A stretch of DNA of 64,000 nt from an uncultured Gammaproteobacteria bacterium. Lineage in GTDB: Bacteria > Pseudomonadota > Gammaproteobacteria > Steroidobacterales > Woeseiaceae. Under the pieces are notes generated by a model that saw only the letters and a program-made list of their open reading frames with translations, made no database searches and was not told the origin of the DNA. This document shows positions 27,387 through 36,913 of this stretch, in pieces (within the stretch, counting starts at the first letter, position 1; every line of letters begins with the position of its first letter). Made by a program: the position numbers and the translations under genes. Where the stretch lies: positions 121,761-185,760 of the forward strand of contig CAVWAH010000011.1 in NCBI GenBank assembly GCA_963752875.1. The letters are read 5' to 3'.

Positions 27387-27602
27387 GCCTGATCCTAAGC
27401 GGTACTGGCCGAGGTGAGCGCGGCCGGGCTGTTATTGCTGTGAACCTTTTATACCCGAATCTGCCTCTATATACATACGCGGTTTCCGATAACGGCGAGG
27501 GGGAGATTTCGCTAATCGAGACGCTGTACAATAGCCCGCCTTCGCTGGACTTGATTTCCACGAATTCGGCAATAAGAATTTTCAAATTTTGGGAAAAACA
27601 TC

Positions 27603-29780
27603 ATGAAAATCAGTAGGTTGATAGGCTTTAGCCTGATCGCGTTGATGCTTGGTGCCTGCGGCGGCGCAGACAATGGGGACGCCACTGACGAGGCGGCCGG
27701 CGCGGCTGCTGACGAAATCACGGTCAGCGATGCGGAACTTGCGGGTAATCCGTTCATGCAGGAATGGGATACGCCCTATGGTGTGCCGCCATTTGCGGAT
27801 ATCGAAAATGGCCACTACATGCCAGCGATCAAGAAAGCCATCCTGGAGATGCGAGCCGAAATCGCTGCAATCGCGGAGAACCCGGACGAGCCGACGTTCG
27901 AAAACACGATCGAGGCGATGGAAGCCGGCGGCAAACTGATCAGCAAGGTCGCGCGTACGTTTGGCAATATCACCGGGACGGAAACGAATGACGAGCTGCG
28001 TACACTCGAAACGCAGATTTATCCGATGCTGACGCGTGAGTCTGATGCGATCACGATGAACGATACGCTGTGGCAGCGCGTCAAAACCGTCTACGAGCAA
28101 AAAGACAGCCTGGGTCTCGATGAACAGCAGGCCCGCCTGCTGGAACTAACGCATCGTCAATTCGTGCGTTCGGGCGCGGCCCTGTCTCCAGAGGTCAAGG
28201 CGGCCATCTCCGAGATCAATGCCGAGCTTTCCGGTCTCACGACCAGGTTCGCTCAGAACCTCCTGGCGGCAACCAAGGGTTTCACGCTGGAGTTGACCGA
28301 GGAGTCGGAAGTCGCCGGCCTCAGCGATGATTTCAAGGGCGCTATCTGGAATGAAGAGAAGGGCGCCTGGGTTGTTGGTCTGAACCGCTCGTCGTACGAG
28401 ACTTTCATGGTGCAGTCGCTAAACCGGGACCTGCGCAAGAAGTTGTTCGACGGTTACCGTCTGCGCGCGTCCGAAGGTGATATCGACAACGGACCGACTG
28501 CGATCAAGGTTGCGCAGTTGCGTGCGAGGGCTGCCGAGCTCAAGGGCTACAAGTCGCATGCTCACTACCAGCTCGAAACCCGCATGGCCAAGACGCCACA
28601 AGCTGCCGAGGATTTCCTGTTGCGCGTCTGGCGCCCCGGCCTCAAAAAGGCGAAACAGGAACGCGCTGACATGCAGGCCATGATCGGTGACGAGTTCACG
28701 TTTGAGGGGCAAGACTGGTGGCACTACGCCGAGAAGATCCGCAAAGAGCGTTACGATCTTGATGAGAACGCGACCAAGCCGTATTTCAAACTGGAGAACG
28801 TTCGTGCCGGCGCGTTTGAAATGGCAAACCGCTTGTTTGGTGTGACGTTCGAGGAAGTGGACGTTGAGGGATGGAATCCGGTCGTCGTTTCATTTGATGT
28901 CAAAGACGCGGATGGCAACCACCTTGGCCTGTTCATGACCGATATGTACGCACGTGATTCGAAACGCGGCGGTGCATGGATGAGCTCCTACCGCAGCACG
29001 TCAAATATCGGCGGCGAATCAATTCGCCCGTTGATCACGAATAATCTCAACTTGCCGACGCCTCCGAAAGGTGATCCGACGTTGATGCGATTTTCCGATG
29101 TGGAGACGCTGTTCCACGAGTTTGGTCACGGCTTGCACGGGTTGATGACGAGGGTCAACTACCCCACGTTCGCAGGAACCAGCGGCGGTCCGCGCGACTA
29201 CACCGAGTTTCCGGCACAGATTCTCGAGCACTGGACCGGCGAGCCCGAAATGCTCGCGATCTATGCACGCCACTATGAATCCGGTGAAGTGATTCCGGCC
29301 GAGCTCGTAGAATCCATGCGCGTTGCTGGAAATCACAACAACGGTTTCGGCACCACGGAGTACATCGCCGCGTCCTTGCTGGACCTGCGTTGGCACATGC
29401 TGACGTCGGAAGAAGCCGCACAGGTTACTGATGCGCGTGCGTTTGAGCAGGAGGTTCTGAAAGGTTACGGCCTGATTCCCGAGATCGAGCCGCGTTACCG
29501 TTCACAGTACTTCAGCCATATCTTCGCGGGTGGTTATTCGGCCGGTTACTACGCGTATCTCTGGTCCGAGATTCTTGATGCCGATGGTTTTGCCGCATTC
29601 AAGCAGGCCGAGGACATCTTCGATCCGGAGACCGCGGCACGCCTCAAGAAGTGGGTTTACGAGTCAGGCGGATTGCGAGAGGCCGATGAGCTGTACCGCA
29701 ACTTCCGCGGGCAGGACCCGAGCATCGAGCCCCTGCTCGAAGGTCGCGGTTTTGCCATCGAGGAGTCCGGCGGTAACTAA
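27603..29780 (+). CDS. dcp: M3-family peptidyl-dipeptidase (Dcp-like) lipoprotein
   Basis: Lipobox LMLGAC, zinc motif HEFGHGLH, and the size and pattern of the M3A family. Confidence 0.85.
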   Translation: MKISRLIGFSLIALMLGACGGADNGDATDEAAGAAADEITVSDAELAGNPFMQEWDTPYGVPPFADIENGHYMPAIKKAILEMRAEIAAIAENPDEPTFENTIEAMEAGGKLISKVARTFGNITGTETNDELRTLETQIYPMLTRESDAITMNDTLWQRVKTVYEQKDSLGLDEQQARLLELTHRQFVRSGAALSPEVKAAISEINAELSGLTTRFAQNLLAATKGFTLELTEESEVAGLSDDFKGAIWNEEKGAWVVGLNRSSYETFMVQSLNRDLRKKLFDGYRLRASEGDIDNGPTAIKVAQLRARAAELKGYKSHAHYQLETRMAKTPQAAEDFLLRVWRPGLKKAKQERADMQAMIGDEFTFEGQDWWHYAEKIRKERYDLDENATKPYFKLENVRAGAFEMANRLFGVTFEEVDVEGWNPVVVSFDVKDADGNHLGLFMTDMYARDSKRGGAWMSSYRSTSNIGGESIRPLITNNLNLPTPPKGDPTLMRFSDVETLFHEFGHGLHGLMTRVNYPTFAGTSGGPRDYTEFPAQILEHWTGEPEMLAIYARHYESGEVIPAELVESMRVAGNHNNGFGTTEYIAASLLDLRWHMLTSEEAAQVTDARAFEQEVLKGYGLIPEIEPRYRSQYFSHIFAGGYSAGYYAYLWSEILDADGFAAFKQAEDIFDPETAARLKKWVYESGGLREADELYRNFRGQDPSIEPLLEGRGFAIEESGGN

Positions 29781-29792
29781 ACGGTGACAGAC

Positions 29793-29831
29793 GGTGACAG
29801 TTCCCCTAATAGGGTGACTGTCACCTTTTTT
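29793..29831 (+). terminator. rho-independent terminator after dcp
   Basis: ggtgacag (29793-29800) pairs with ctgtcacc (29818-25). An inner ccc/ggg pairing extends the stem. A run of six T follows. It is preceded by the tandem 10-mer acggtgacag x2. Confidence 0.6.
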
Positions 29832-30612
29832 AGACGATCAGTCGCGTTATGCCCCACCAGAGTCCGGCCAGGCTTATGAGCAGCGATCCGGGCCGCACGA
29901 TAAACGAGCGGTAGCGCAACACACCTTCCGGATCATTGAGCCAGCGCCGCAGCGCGAGGCCGAGCAGGGCGGCAACGAGAATGACCGAGAGCTGCCCGAT
30001 CTCGACGCCGACATTGAAGCCGATCAACGCACTCCAGAATTGTCCGGGCGGCAATCCCAGTTCTCCGAAGAACCCGGCAAATCCGAGTCCGTGGATCAAG
30101 CCGAAACCGAAGACAACAGCGGGCCGCCATTTCGTCATGTCTTTGAAAATGAGGTTTTCGATCGCGACGAACGCAATCGTGAACGCGATCAGTGGTTCGA
30201 CCACTGATGATGAGGGCGTGATGACGCCGCTCGCTGCCAGGGCAAGCGTGGCGGTGTGCGCCACCGTGAATGCGGAAATCTGCCAGACCAGTGCTTTGAG
30301 TCGCACCGACGCCAGGAAGATCGCGAGCACGAACAGGATATGGTCGGCGCCGTCGGGGAGAATGTGGCCCATGCCGATCGTTACGTATAGACCTACGGTT
30401 GAGAGGAAACTGCGTTCCTCGCCCGACTCGTCAAGTATCGGCAGGTAGTCGTCCTGACTGAGAGAACCGGTCGAGCTGTTCATCTCCGCGAGTGCCGCAC
30501 AGAGGGCAGGGTCCATGGAGTCCTGACCCGGGACACATAATTCGTCTTCGGGGTGACCGAATGCAACGCTGGCTACTAGTAGCAGCGCCGCGAATGTGAG
30601 CGTCCGTGACAT
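29830..30612 (-). CDS. HupE/UreJ-family membrane protein (putative Ni/Co uptake)
   Basis: Signal peptide, then ...GHILPDGADHILFVLAIF... and Gly-rich TM helices typical of HupE/UreJ-type proteins. Confidence 0.6.
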   Translation of the reverse strand: MSRTLTFAALLLVASVAFGHPEDELCVPGQDSMDPALCAALAEMNSSTGSLSQDDYLPILDESGEERSFLSTVGLYVTIGMGHILPDGADHILFVLAIFLASVRLKALVWQISAFTVAHTATLALAASGVITPSSSVVEPLIAFTIAFVAIENLIFKDMTKWRPAVVFGFGLIHGLGFAGFFGELGLPPGQFWSALIGFNVGVEIGQLSVILVAALLGLALRRWLNDPEGVLRYRSFIVRPGSLLISLAGLWWGITRLIV

Positions 30613-30678
30613 GGCGGGATTCTGACAGGAAAGTGGGGGGAAGTTCGAGCTACGACGACGGCTGAGGCTCGCCCTCGT

Positions 30679-31665
30679 TCAGTCGCCCGAGCCGACAGTT
30701 AGTACCACTTTACCCAACACTCGCCGTTCTGTGATGACGCGAAAGGCATCCGCGAAGTCATCCAGTGCAAAGGCCTGCGTAACGCGTGGTCGCAGCTTGC
30801 CGTCGGCAACCATGGCCTCCAGCTCCTGCATGTTGCGTAGCATTTCGTTCGTGTGCTTCGCTGCCCAGGGGCCCCACCAAACACCGACAATGCTGGCTTC
30901 CTTTAGCAGAGTGAGATTGATCGGCAGCCTCGGTATGTCACCGCTCGCAAAACCGACGACGAGGAAACGCCCGTGCCAGCCCGTCGCGCGTAGCGCCTGC
31001 TCGGAGAGATCACCGCCAACCGGGTCATACACCACGTCGACACCCTTGCCGCCGGTTAGCTCCTTGACAGTTTCCTTGAGAGGGCAGTCGTAGTAGTTGA
31101 TCGTCTCATCGGCACCGGCCTCTTTCGCGAACGCCAGTTTCTCATCTGTACTCGCAGCCGCGATGACTCTGGCTCCCATGGCCCTGGCAATCTCAACGGC
31201 CGTGTTGCCGACACCGCCGGCGGCGCCCAGGACCAGGACCGTTTCGCCGGGCTGCAGATTCGCGCCCTGCTTCAGTGCGTGATAACTCGTCCCGTACGCG
31301 ATCGAATATGCGGCGCCTTGTTCAAAGCTCAGGTTTGCAGGCAACGGGATTGCCATATTTTCCTCAACGACAGACTTCTCGGCGAATGCGCCGCCACGCA
31401 ATGCCCCGATAATCCGGTCGCCGACCGCGAATCGCGTGACGTCTTTGCCCACTGCCGTGACAATCCCTGCGGCCTCATTGCCAGGGATAAACGGTGTGGG
31501 CGTGCGAACCTGGTACTTGCCTGCGACGATCAGGGTGTCTGCGAAATTCAGGCCGGCCGCCTTGACGTCGAACACGATTTTCGAGTCTGCAGGGACCGGG
31601 TCATCCCACTCCTCGATAACAAGAGTCTCGGGCGGGCCGTATTCATTGCAGGTCAATGCGCGCAT
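30679..31665 (-). CDS. NADPH:quinone oxidoreductase / zinc-type alcohol dehydrogenase-like (MDR) family
   Basis: GroES-like N-terminal domain plus the Rossmann motif VLGAAGGVGNTAVEIA. Confidence 0.8.
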   Translation of the reverse strand: MRALTCNEYGPPETLVIEEWDDPVPADSKIVFDVKAAGLNFADTLIVAGKYQVRTPTPFIPGNEAAGIVTAVGKDVTRFAVGDRIIGALRGGAFAEKSVVEENMAIPLPANLSFEQGAAYSIAYGTSYHALKQGANLQPGETVLVLGAAGGVGNTAVEIARAMGARVIAAASTDEKLAFAKEAGADETINYYDCPLKETVKELTGGKGVDVVYDPVGGDLSEQALRATGWHGRFLVVGFASGDIPRLPINLTLLKEASIVGVWWGPWAAKHTNEMLRNMQELEAMVADGKLRPRVTQAFALDDFADAFRVITERRVLGKVVLTVGSGD

Positions 31666-31745
31666 GCCGGCAGTCTACACGGACAGCCACTTTAGGGCTC
31701 GCATGGTTTAGAATCCCCGGTCCGCAGCGTTCGACCGAGGTCTCC

Positions 31746-33629
31746 ATGCACCGCAAAATCCTGATTGCCATATTCACATTCCTGTTCATCACCGCATGTT
31801 CCAAAGAGACGGCGGAGGTTGATGACTACGACCCGGCACGTGACTACTTCACGTTCGCCAATACCGGCGCATTCGTCACCGATCACCTGGCGCTGGATCT
31901 GGACGTGGACTTCGAGGCGGAGGAGCTGCGGGGCTTTGCCATCTTGTCGATGCGCCGCCTGGATCCCGACGCAACCGAAATCGTGCTGGATACTCGTGAC
32001 CTGACGATTGCGAGCGCGGCCGTATTGACGACAGCAGGATCCGAGCCGGCTGAGTATCATTTTGGCGAACCTCACAAGACACTCGGTACGCCGCTGTTTA
32101 TCGCAGTGCCGACTGGCACGGGCGAGCAGTTCGACCTGGTTCTTGAATACAAGACAAGCCCTGAATCAACCGCGCTGCAATGGTTGCCACCCGAGCTGAC
32201 GGCGGGCGGTAAACACCCGATGGTGTTCTCACAGTCGCAGGCCGTGCACGCACGCAGTTGGGTACCGCTGCAGGATACGCCGGCACTTCGTATCACGTAC
32301 GAAGCCACTGTGCGCACGCCCGAATCGTTACTCGCCGTTATGAGCGCCAACAATGACCCGCTGACGCCACGCACCGGCGAATACCACTTTGACATGCCGC
32401 AACCGATTCCGTCGTACCTGCTCGCGATCGCGGTTGGCAATTTCTACTTTGCTCCGCTGGGCAAAGAAACGGGTATCTACACGGAGCCCGAACTACTCGA
32501 TGCATCGGTTTACGAGTTTGCCGACACACAGGCCATGCTCGAGTTGGCCGAGGAGAAATTCGGTCCTTACGACTGGGGCCGTTACGATCTGCTTGTCCTG
32601 CCGCCGAGCTTTCCATTTGGTGGCATGGAAAATCCGCGATTGTCCTTTATCACGCCGAGCTTGCTGGCTGGTGATCGCAGCCTTGTTTCCGTCATCGCAC
32701 ACGAGCTGGCGCATTCATGGTCGGGTAATCTCGTCACGAATGCGACCTGGCGAGATGGTTGGCTTAACGAGGGAATGACGAGCTACCTTGAGTCGCGGCT
32801 CATGGAAGTCATATACAACGTTAAGCGCGTTGATGAAGAGCGTGTCCTCATGTATCGCGAACTCCTTCTCGATCTCGAGAAGGTTCCCGAGAGGATGCAG
32901 GCACTGGCGCCGCGCCTCGACGACACGACGTCCGAGGACTTTCAGGGCGGCATCCACTACAGCAAGGGTCAGCTGTTCCTGGAATACCTTGAGAACGCGT
33001 TTGGTCGCGAAACGTTCGACGCGTTCCTTGAGTCCTATTTCCAGGAATTCGCGTTTGGCACTATAACGACAGAGGTGTTTCTCGATTACCTCGAACTCGA
33101 GCTACTGAGCCAGGAGGGGGCGCCCGTCTCAAGAGAACAGGTCGAGCAATGGACCTACGGCCCGGGTCTGCCAGACGGTGCGATAATTCCCGAGTCAGAG
33201 AATTTGAACATCGCCGCAGACCTCGCGAAGGCGTGGTCCGACGGAGAGACAGCGCTTGCGGAAATACCAGTCGCCGAGTGGAGTCCGCAGGCGACGATTC
33301 ACTTTATTAACAGCCTGCCGGCAGAGCTGTCACACGAGAAACTCGCCGAGCTTGATGCTGGCTGGAATCTCAGCGACACGCGGAATGCCGAGATCGGACG
33401 AACGTGGTTCGTCCAGGTCGCGACGCGTCGGTACACGGGTGCTTACGAACAACTCGAGGCGCATTTGAATCGCTACGGCAGGGGACGACTCATCGCGCCG
33501 GTTTACCGCGCATTAGCTGAGAACGGGGAAGATCTCGAATTGGCACGCGAGATGTTCGAGCGTGCTCGCGATGCCTACCATCCGATAACAGTCGGCTGGA
33601 TCGCGGGCGGGCTTGAAGAAGAGGACTAG
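31746..33629 (+). CDS. M1-family aminopeptidase (leukotriene A4 hydrolase-like) lipoprotein
   Basis: Likely start MHRKILIAIFTFLFITAC (lipobox) at 31746; the track start at 31656 overlaps the upstream divergent gene. Motifs GGMENP, HELAHSWSGN and a downstream E. Confidence 0.85.
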   Translation: MHRKILIAIFTFLFITACSKETAEVDDYDPARDYFTFANTGAFVTDHLALDLDVDFEAEELRGFAILSMRRLDPDATEIVLDTRDLTIASAAVLTTAGSEPAEYHFGEPHKTLGTPLFIAVPTGTGEQFDLVLEYKTSPESTALQWLPPELTAGGKHPMVFSQSQAVHARSWVPLQDTPALRITYEATVRTPESLLAVMSANNDPLTPRTGEYHFDMPQPIPSYLLAIAVGNFYFAPLGKETGIYTEPELLDASVYEFADTQAMLELAEEKFGPYDWGRYDLLVLPPSFPFGGMENPRLSFITPSLLAGDRSLVSVIAHELAHSWSGNLVTNATWRDGWLNEGMTSYLESRLMEVIYNVKRVDEERVLMYRELLLDLEKVPERMQALAPRLDDTTSEDFQGGIHYSKGQLFLEYLENAFGRETFDAFLESYFQEFAFGTITTEVFLDYLELELLSQEGAPVSREQVEQWTYGPGLPDGAIIPESENLNIAADLAKAWSDGETALAEIPVAEWSPQATIHFINSLPAELSHEKLAELDAGWNLSDTRNAEIGRTWFVQVATRRYTGAYEQLEAHLNRYGRGRLIAPVYRALAENGEDLELAREMFERARDAYHPITVGWIAGGLEEED

Positions 33630-33763
33630 TCGTTAGCCCAAATCGTGGCTCCACCGGGAGTGGTAGTATCGGGAGATGAAGACACTCCTCAATATAGTCG
33701 CGGCACTCTGTCTCGCGATGTATTTGGCAATTGATGAAGCCGTATCTCGATAAGGAGATGGCA

Positions 33764-35023
33764 ATGAAAAATCTGACTTTCCTGTTCCTGTTTCTTCCAG
33801 CCTTTTTGATCGCCGACGTTGTTGTGCCGGTCGACAAGGTTGAGAATAGCGTGAATATCCGTCTTGAAGCGGACACAACTTCGGACGTCGTGGGGGAACT
33901 GCGACGCGGCGATGCGTTATCGCTCGTGAATAGCGTTGATGGCTGGTACGAAGTGCAACTTGAAGGTGGTGCGACCGGGTATGTGAGCGCTGACTGGGCG
34001 CGCGTGGAAGCCGACCCTGTGGCTGAAGAGTCCGAACCCGTCGTTGAGGAAACGGTTGTCGAGGAATCTGTACAAGAAGAAATCGCGGTAGTCGTCGAAG
34101 AAGCGATCGAAGAAGCGATCGAAGAAGCGATCGAAGAAGTCGTCGAAGGGGATGTTGAGGAAATCACCAAGGCCGTTATCGACGAAGAAGTGGTCGTTGA
34201 GGAAGAAGTGGTCGTCGAGGAGGCGCCGGATCCCGAGCCTGTTGTCGAGGTCGAGGCTGTGGTCGAGGAACAAGTAGTCGTTGAGTCAGCACCGGAGCCC
34301 GACCCTGTACCTGCACCGCCACCCGCGGAGGCACAATTCGAACTCAAGGCCGCGCGTGATTTCGTGGTCAAGGTACGTAAAGAGGGAGAGCTTGAGCAGT
34401 CACAGATTTTCGATAACGGCAACATGGTCGGCATCGCGACGACCGACCCCAAGCAGCGACTCGAAGTTAACGGCAGCATCCAGATTCACGACCAGAACAG
34501 CAGCGTGGCGGGCCTGATGATCACGCAAGCGGATGGTGACACGGGGTACATCATGCACAATCGTGCGAGCACCCTGACGATCGGCGCCGGTTCGATCGAT
34601 CGCATCACCATCGATCGCGACGGCAATGTCGGTTTCGGAGTGTCACGGCCCGATCACCCATTGGAGATGGCCAGCGGCGCGTATGTGACGACTGGTGGGG
34701 TGTGGACGAACCGTTCATCCCGTGACAGCAAGCAGAATATAACCGTGCTGAACACAGATGAGGCGCTCGCAGCTGTGATGGACCTGGAGCCGGTGTTGTT
34801 CCGCTACAAGGCAGAGCAGGGTGAGGGCTATGTCGGCTTTATTGCCGAAGACGTGCCGGCATTGCTGGCAAGCAGCGACCGGAAGTCACTCAGCACGATG
34901 GACGTTGTCGCTGCGTTGACGAAGGTCGTGCAGGAGCAGCAGCGTCGCATCGATGAACTCGAGGCGAGATTTGAAGAGGAGCTAGCGGTCGACCTCGAGG
35001 AAGTGGCCGTCTCGCAGAAATGA
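33764..35023 (+). CDS. secreted SH3b - acidic E/V-rich repeat - tail-fibre-like protein with C-terminal Peptidase_S74 intramolecular chaperone domain
   Basis: ATG 33764 lies 6 nt after AAGGAG, followed by a signal peptide. SH3_3-like segment (SVNIRLEADTTSDVVGELRRGDALSLVNSVDGWYEVQL). About 110 aa are rich in E, V and P. The C-terminus SSRDSKQNITVL...YVGFIAEDVPALL...VVAALTKVVQEQQRRIDELEA matches the endosialidase-chaperone pattern. Confidence 0.7.
   Translation: MKNLTFLFLFLPAFLIADVVVPVDKVENSVNIRLEADTTSDVVGELRRGDALSLVNSVDGWYEVQLEGGATGYVSADWARVEADPVAEESEPVVEETVVEESVQEEIAVVVEEAIEEAIEEAIEEVVEGDVEEITKAVIDEEVVVEEEVVVEEAPDPEPVVEVEAVVEEQVVVESAPEPDPVPAPPPAEAQFELKAARDFVVKVRKEGELEQSQIFDNGNMVGIATTDPKQRLEVNGSIQIHDQNSSVAGLMITQADGDTGYIMHNRASTLTIGAGSIDRITIDRDGNVGFGVSRPDHPLEMASGAYVTTGGVWTNRSSRDSKQNITVLNTDEALAAVMDLEPVLFRYKAEQGEGYVGFIAEDVPALLASSDRKSLSTMDVVAALTKVVQEQQRRIDELEARFEEELAVDLEEVAVSQK
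34097..34144. repeat. in-frame 12-bp tandem repeat (gaagaagcgatc x3 plus one degenerate unit) encoding EEAI x3
   Basis: Read directly at 34097-34108, 34109-34120 and 34121-34132; the degenerate unit is gaagaagtcgtc at 34133-34144. Confidence 0.85.
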
Positions 35024-35740
35024 TTCTGTATTGCGGACAGCGATCTTGCTGCGCGTAAGGTAACGATGTGAGTTGTCGACGACGAGAAAATCGTTCATCC
35101 CGTCGACTTGGGTACTGGCCAGCGAGACTTTGCCATCATCGGAGTCGGGCAACATGGCGGATGCGAGTACGTTGATCGTGCCAGTGCCGGCGATCACGCC
35201 GAGCTCGAAATCAACAGGACCGAGACTTGACGGGATGCTGTCTGCGCTCGTGCCCAACTGATTGCCCGCCGGACCGCTTAACGCCTCGATACCCGGCCAG
35301 TTCTTCGTACGGTCGACGAGTTCACTGCCCTGGTTCGGTGGGCCCAGCATGACCACGCGGCCCAGGTCACCTATCGGGGCACGCTCGTTCTCGTACCGCA
35401 ACAGAATCCCACCGAGTGAGTGAGTGACGAAGTGCACCTTGTCGGCGCCGGTTTCACGACACGCACTGACGCCGAGGCTTATGGCGTTGGGCGCGAGTTC
35501 CTCGATCCTGCCGAGCTGCGAGGGATAGTCCACATTTGCCGTTGCATAACCCGCATCCTGTAGAGCTTCCGCCATCGGTCGCATGGCGCGCCAACTGCGG
35601 TTGAGGCCGTGCAGCAGTACGACGCATTCATTATTATCCGAGGCGGCAACGACACGGGTTTCCGGTTCCGTGACGCAGCCCACCAGCAGCGTGACGCCCA
35701 GTACGATTATGGATGTTATGGTTCGGCCGAGTCTTTTCAT
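34982..35740 (-). CDS. alpha/beta-hydrolase lipoprotein (lipase/esterase-like)
   Basis: Lipobox LLVGC, nucleophile elbow HSLGG, and size of about 250 aa. Its 3' end overlaps the convergent gene by 42 nt. Confidence 0.7.
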   Translation of the reverse strand: MKRLGRTITSIIVLGVTLLVGCVTEPETRVVAASDNNECVVLLHGLNRSWRAMRPMAEALQDAGYATANVDYPSQLGRIEELAPNAISLGVSACRETGADKVHFVTHSLGGILLRYENERAPIGDLGRVVMLGPPNQGSELVDRTKNWPGIEALSGPAGNQLGTSADSIPSSLGPVDFELGVIAGTGTINVLASAMLPDSDDGKVSLASTQVDGMNDFLVVDNSHRYLTRSKIAVRNTESFLRDGHFLEVDR

Positions 35741-35841
35741 GGGCCAATCATGCCTGAAAATCGAAGAACAATATAATGGGGCGTAAAGCTCGTGGTCTGT
35801 ACCTATCGCGCCCGAGCCGGCGACCAGCGTAAGCTAAATGG

Positions 35842-36549
35842 GTGACTGAAGCCCAGGTACTCTTGTATACCGCGGCATCGATCGCCATCTTGCACACGGT
35901 GCTCGGGCCGGACCATTACCTCATCTTCACGGCGATGGGTAAGGCACGCGGCTGGTCGCTCCCCAAAACGCTTCGGATCACGACCCTGTGCGGCCTTGGA
36001 CACGTGGCGAGCTCGATTGTCATTGGCGCTGCCGGCATCCTGCTCGGCGCGCAGCTCGCGACACTCGTCGAGATCGAGGGCGCGCGAGGCAACCTCGCCG
36101 GCTACGCGCTGCTCGCGTTCGGTCTCGTGTATTTCGCCTGGGGCCTGAAGAAGGCCGGTCGTGGGCGGGTGCACTCCCACGTGCACGTCCATGAAGGCGT
36201 CGTACACGACCATGAGCACGACCACCACACGGGTCACGCGCACGTGCATGAAAAAGGGGCCCGCAAAGCAGTCACGCCGTGGCTGATGTTCATCATCTTC
36301 GTGCTCGGCCCGTGCGAGGCACTGATCCCGCTGTTCATGTACCCGGCCGCGCAGCAGAACAGTGGGCTCGTGGTCGCTGTCGCCGTCGTATTTGGCCTCG
36401 TGACTCTCCTCACGATGCTGGCTTGTGTCGCCGTAACGACGATCGGCCTCGACAAACTCAAACTACCCTCGACCGGACGCTTCGCGCATGCTGTTACGGG
36501 CGCGTCCGTTGCGGTTTGCGGTGGCTTGATCAGCTTCCTCGGTTTGTAG
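35842..36549 (+). CDS. His-rich-loop metal (Ni/Co-type) transporter, NicO/RcnA/UreH-like
   Basis: Six hydrophobic helices, LGPDH in TM1, and the central loop HSHVHVHEGVVHDHEHDHHTGHAHVHE. Confidence 0.55.
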   Translation: MTEAQVLLYTAASIAILHTVLGPDHYLIFTAMGKARGWSLPKTLRITTLCGLGHVASSIVIGAAGILLGAQLATLVEIEGARGNLAGYALLAFGLVYFAWGLKKAGRGRVHSHVHVHEGVVHDHEHDHHTGHAHVHEKGARKAVTPWLMFIIFVLGPCEALIPLFMYPAAQQNSGLVVAVAVVFGLVTLLTMLACVAVTTIGLDKLKLPSTGRFAHAVTGASVAVCGGLISFLGL

Positions 36550-36628
36550 TGAACCGTTTCAAGATCCTTTTAGCAGTCCGGCGGCGGGAATGAAGCCGCA
36601 CAGCGGCTCGTCAGGCAGGGTTGCAGAG

Positions 36629-36656
36629 TTCAATGAACAGCATCTTTGCGTATAAT
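36629..36656 (+). promoter_or_regulatory. candidate sigma-70 promoter for oadGAB
   Basis: Perfect -10 TATAAT at 36651-36656. Weak -35 ttcaat at 36629-36634 with a 16-nt spacer. Lies 30 nt upstream of the oadG start. Confidence 0.3.
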
Positions 36657-36685
36657 CATCTGCTTGGCTTCCCGGCAGGACCGTA

Positions 36686-36895
36686 GTGCAAGCAACTCTT
36701 CTTGATCAAGGCGTATCGCTCATGCTGGTCGGCATGGGGACTGTATTCGTGTTCCTGACGTTGCTGGTCATAGCGATGTCCGTAATGGCCTGGGTCATCA
36801 GGCGCCTGACGACTGCCGCCGAGGACGGTGTCAGTGACGAAGAGGTCGCCGCGATAACGGCCGCGATCGCACAACACCGCAACAAGAATTCATAA
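36686..36895 (+). CDS. oadG: oxaloacetate decarboxylase gamma subunit
   Basis: 69 aa, single TM (LMLVGMGTVFVFLTLLVIAM), directly upstream of oadA. Confidence 0.8.
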   Translation: MQATLLDQGVSLMLVGMGTVFVFLTLLVIAMSVMAWVIRRLTTAAEDGVSDEEVAAITAAIAQHRNKNS

Positions 36896-36913
36896 ATCCA
36901 AGAAGTACTTATC

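Noticed and set aside
31656-31745. Upstream extension of the M1 aminopeptidase ORF
   Set aside because: It overlaps the start of the divergent oxidoreductase gene. The internal ATG at 31746 gives a clean lipoprotein signal peptide.
33490-34479. 329-aa Ser/Thr-rich minus-strand ORF
   Set aside because: It is the antisense reading of the GAA/GTC-rich acidic repeat region of the 33764-35023 gene, and it also overlaps the end of the M1 peptidase gene. It has no start context.
35760-35841. NiCo (czcD-type) riboswitch upstream of the His-rich metal transporter
   Set aside because: I could not find the conserved GGGACAG/ACAG elements or a four-way-junction-compatible set of pairings. It would need a covariance-model search to revisit.
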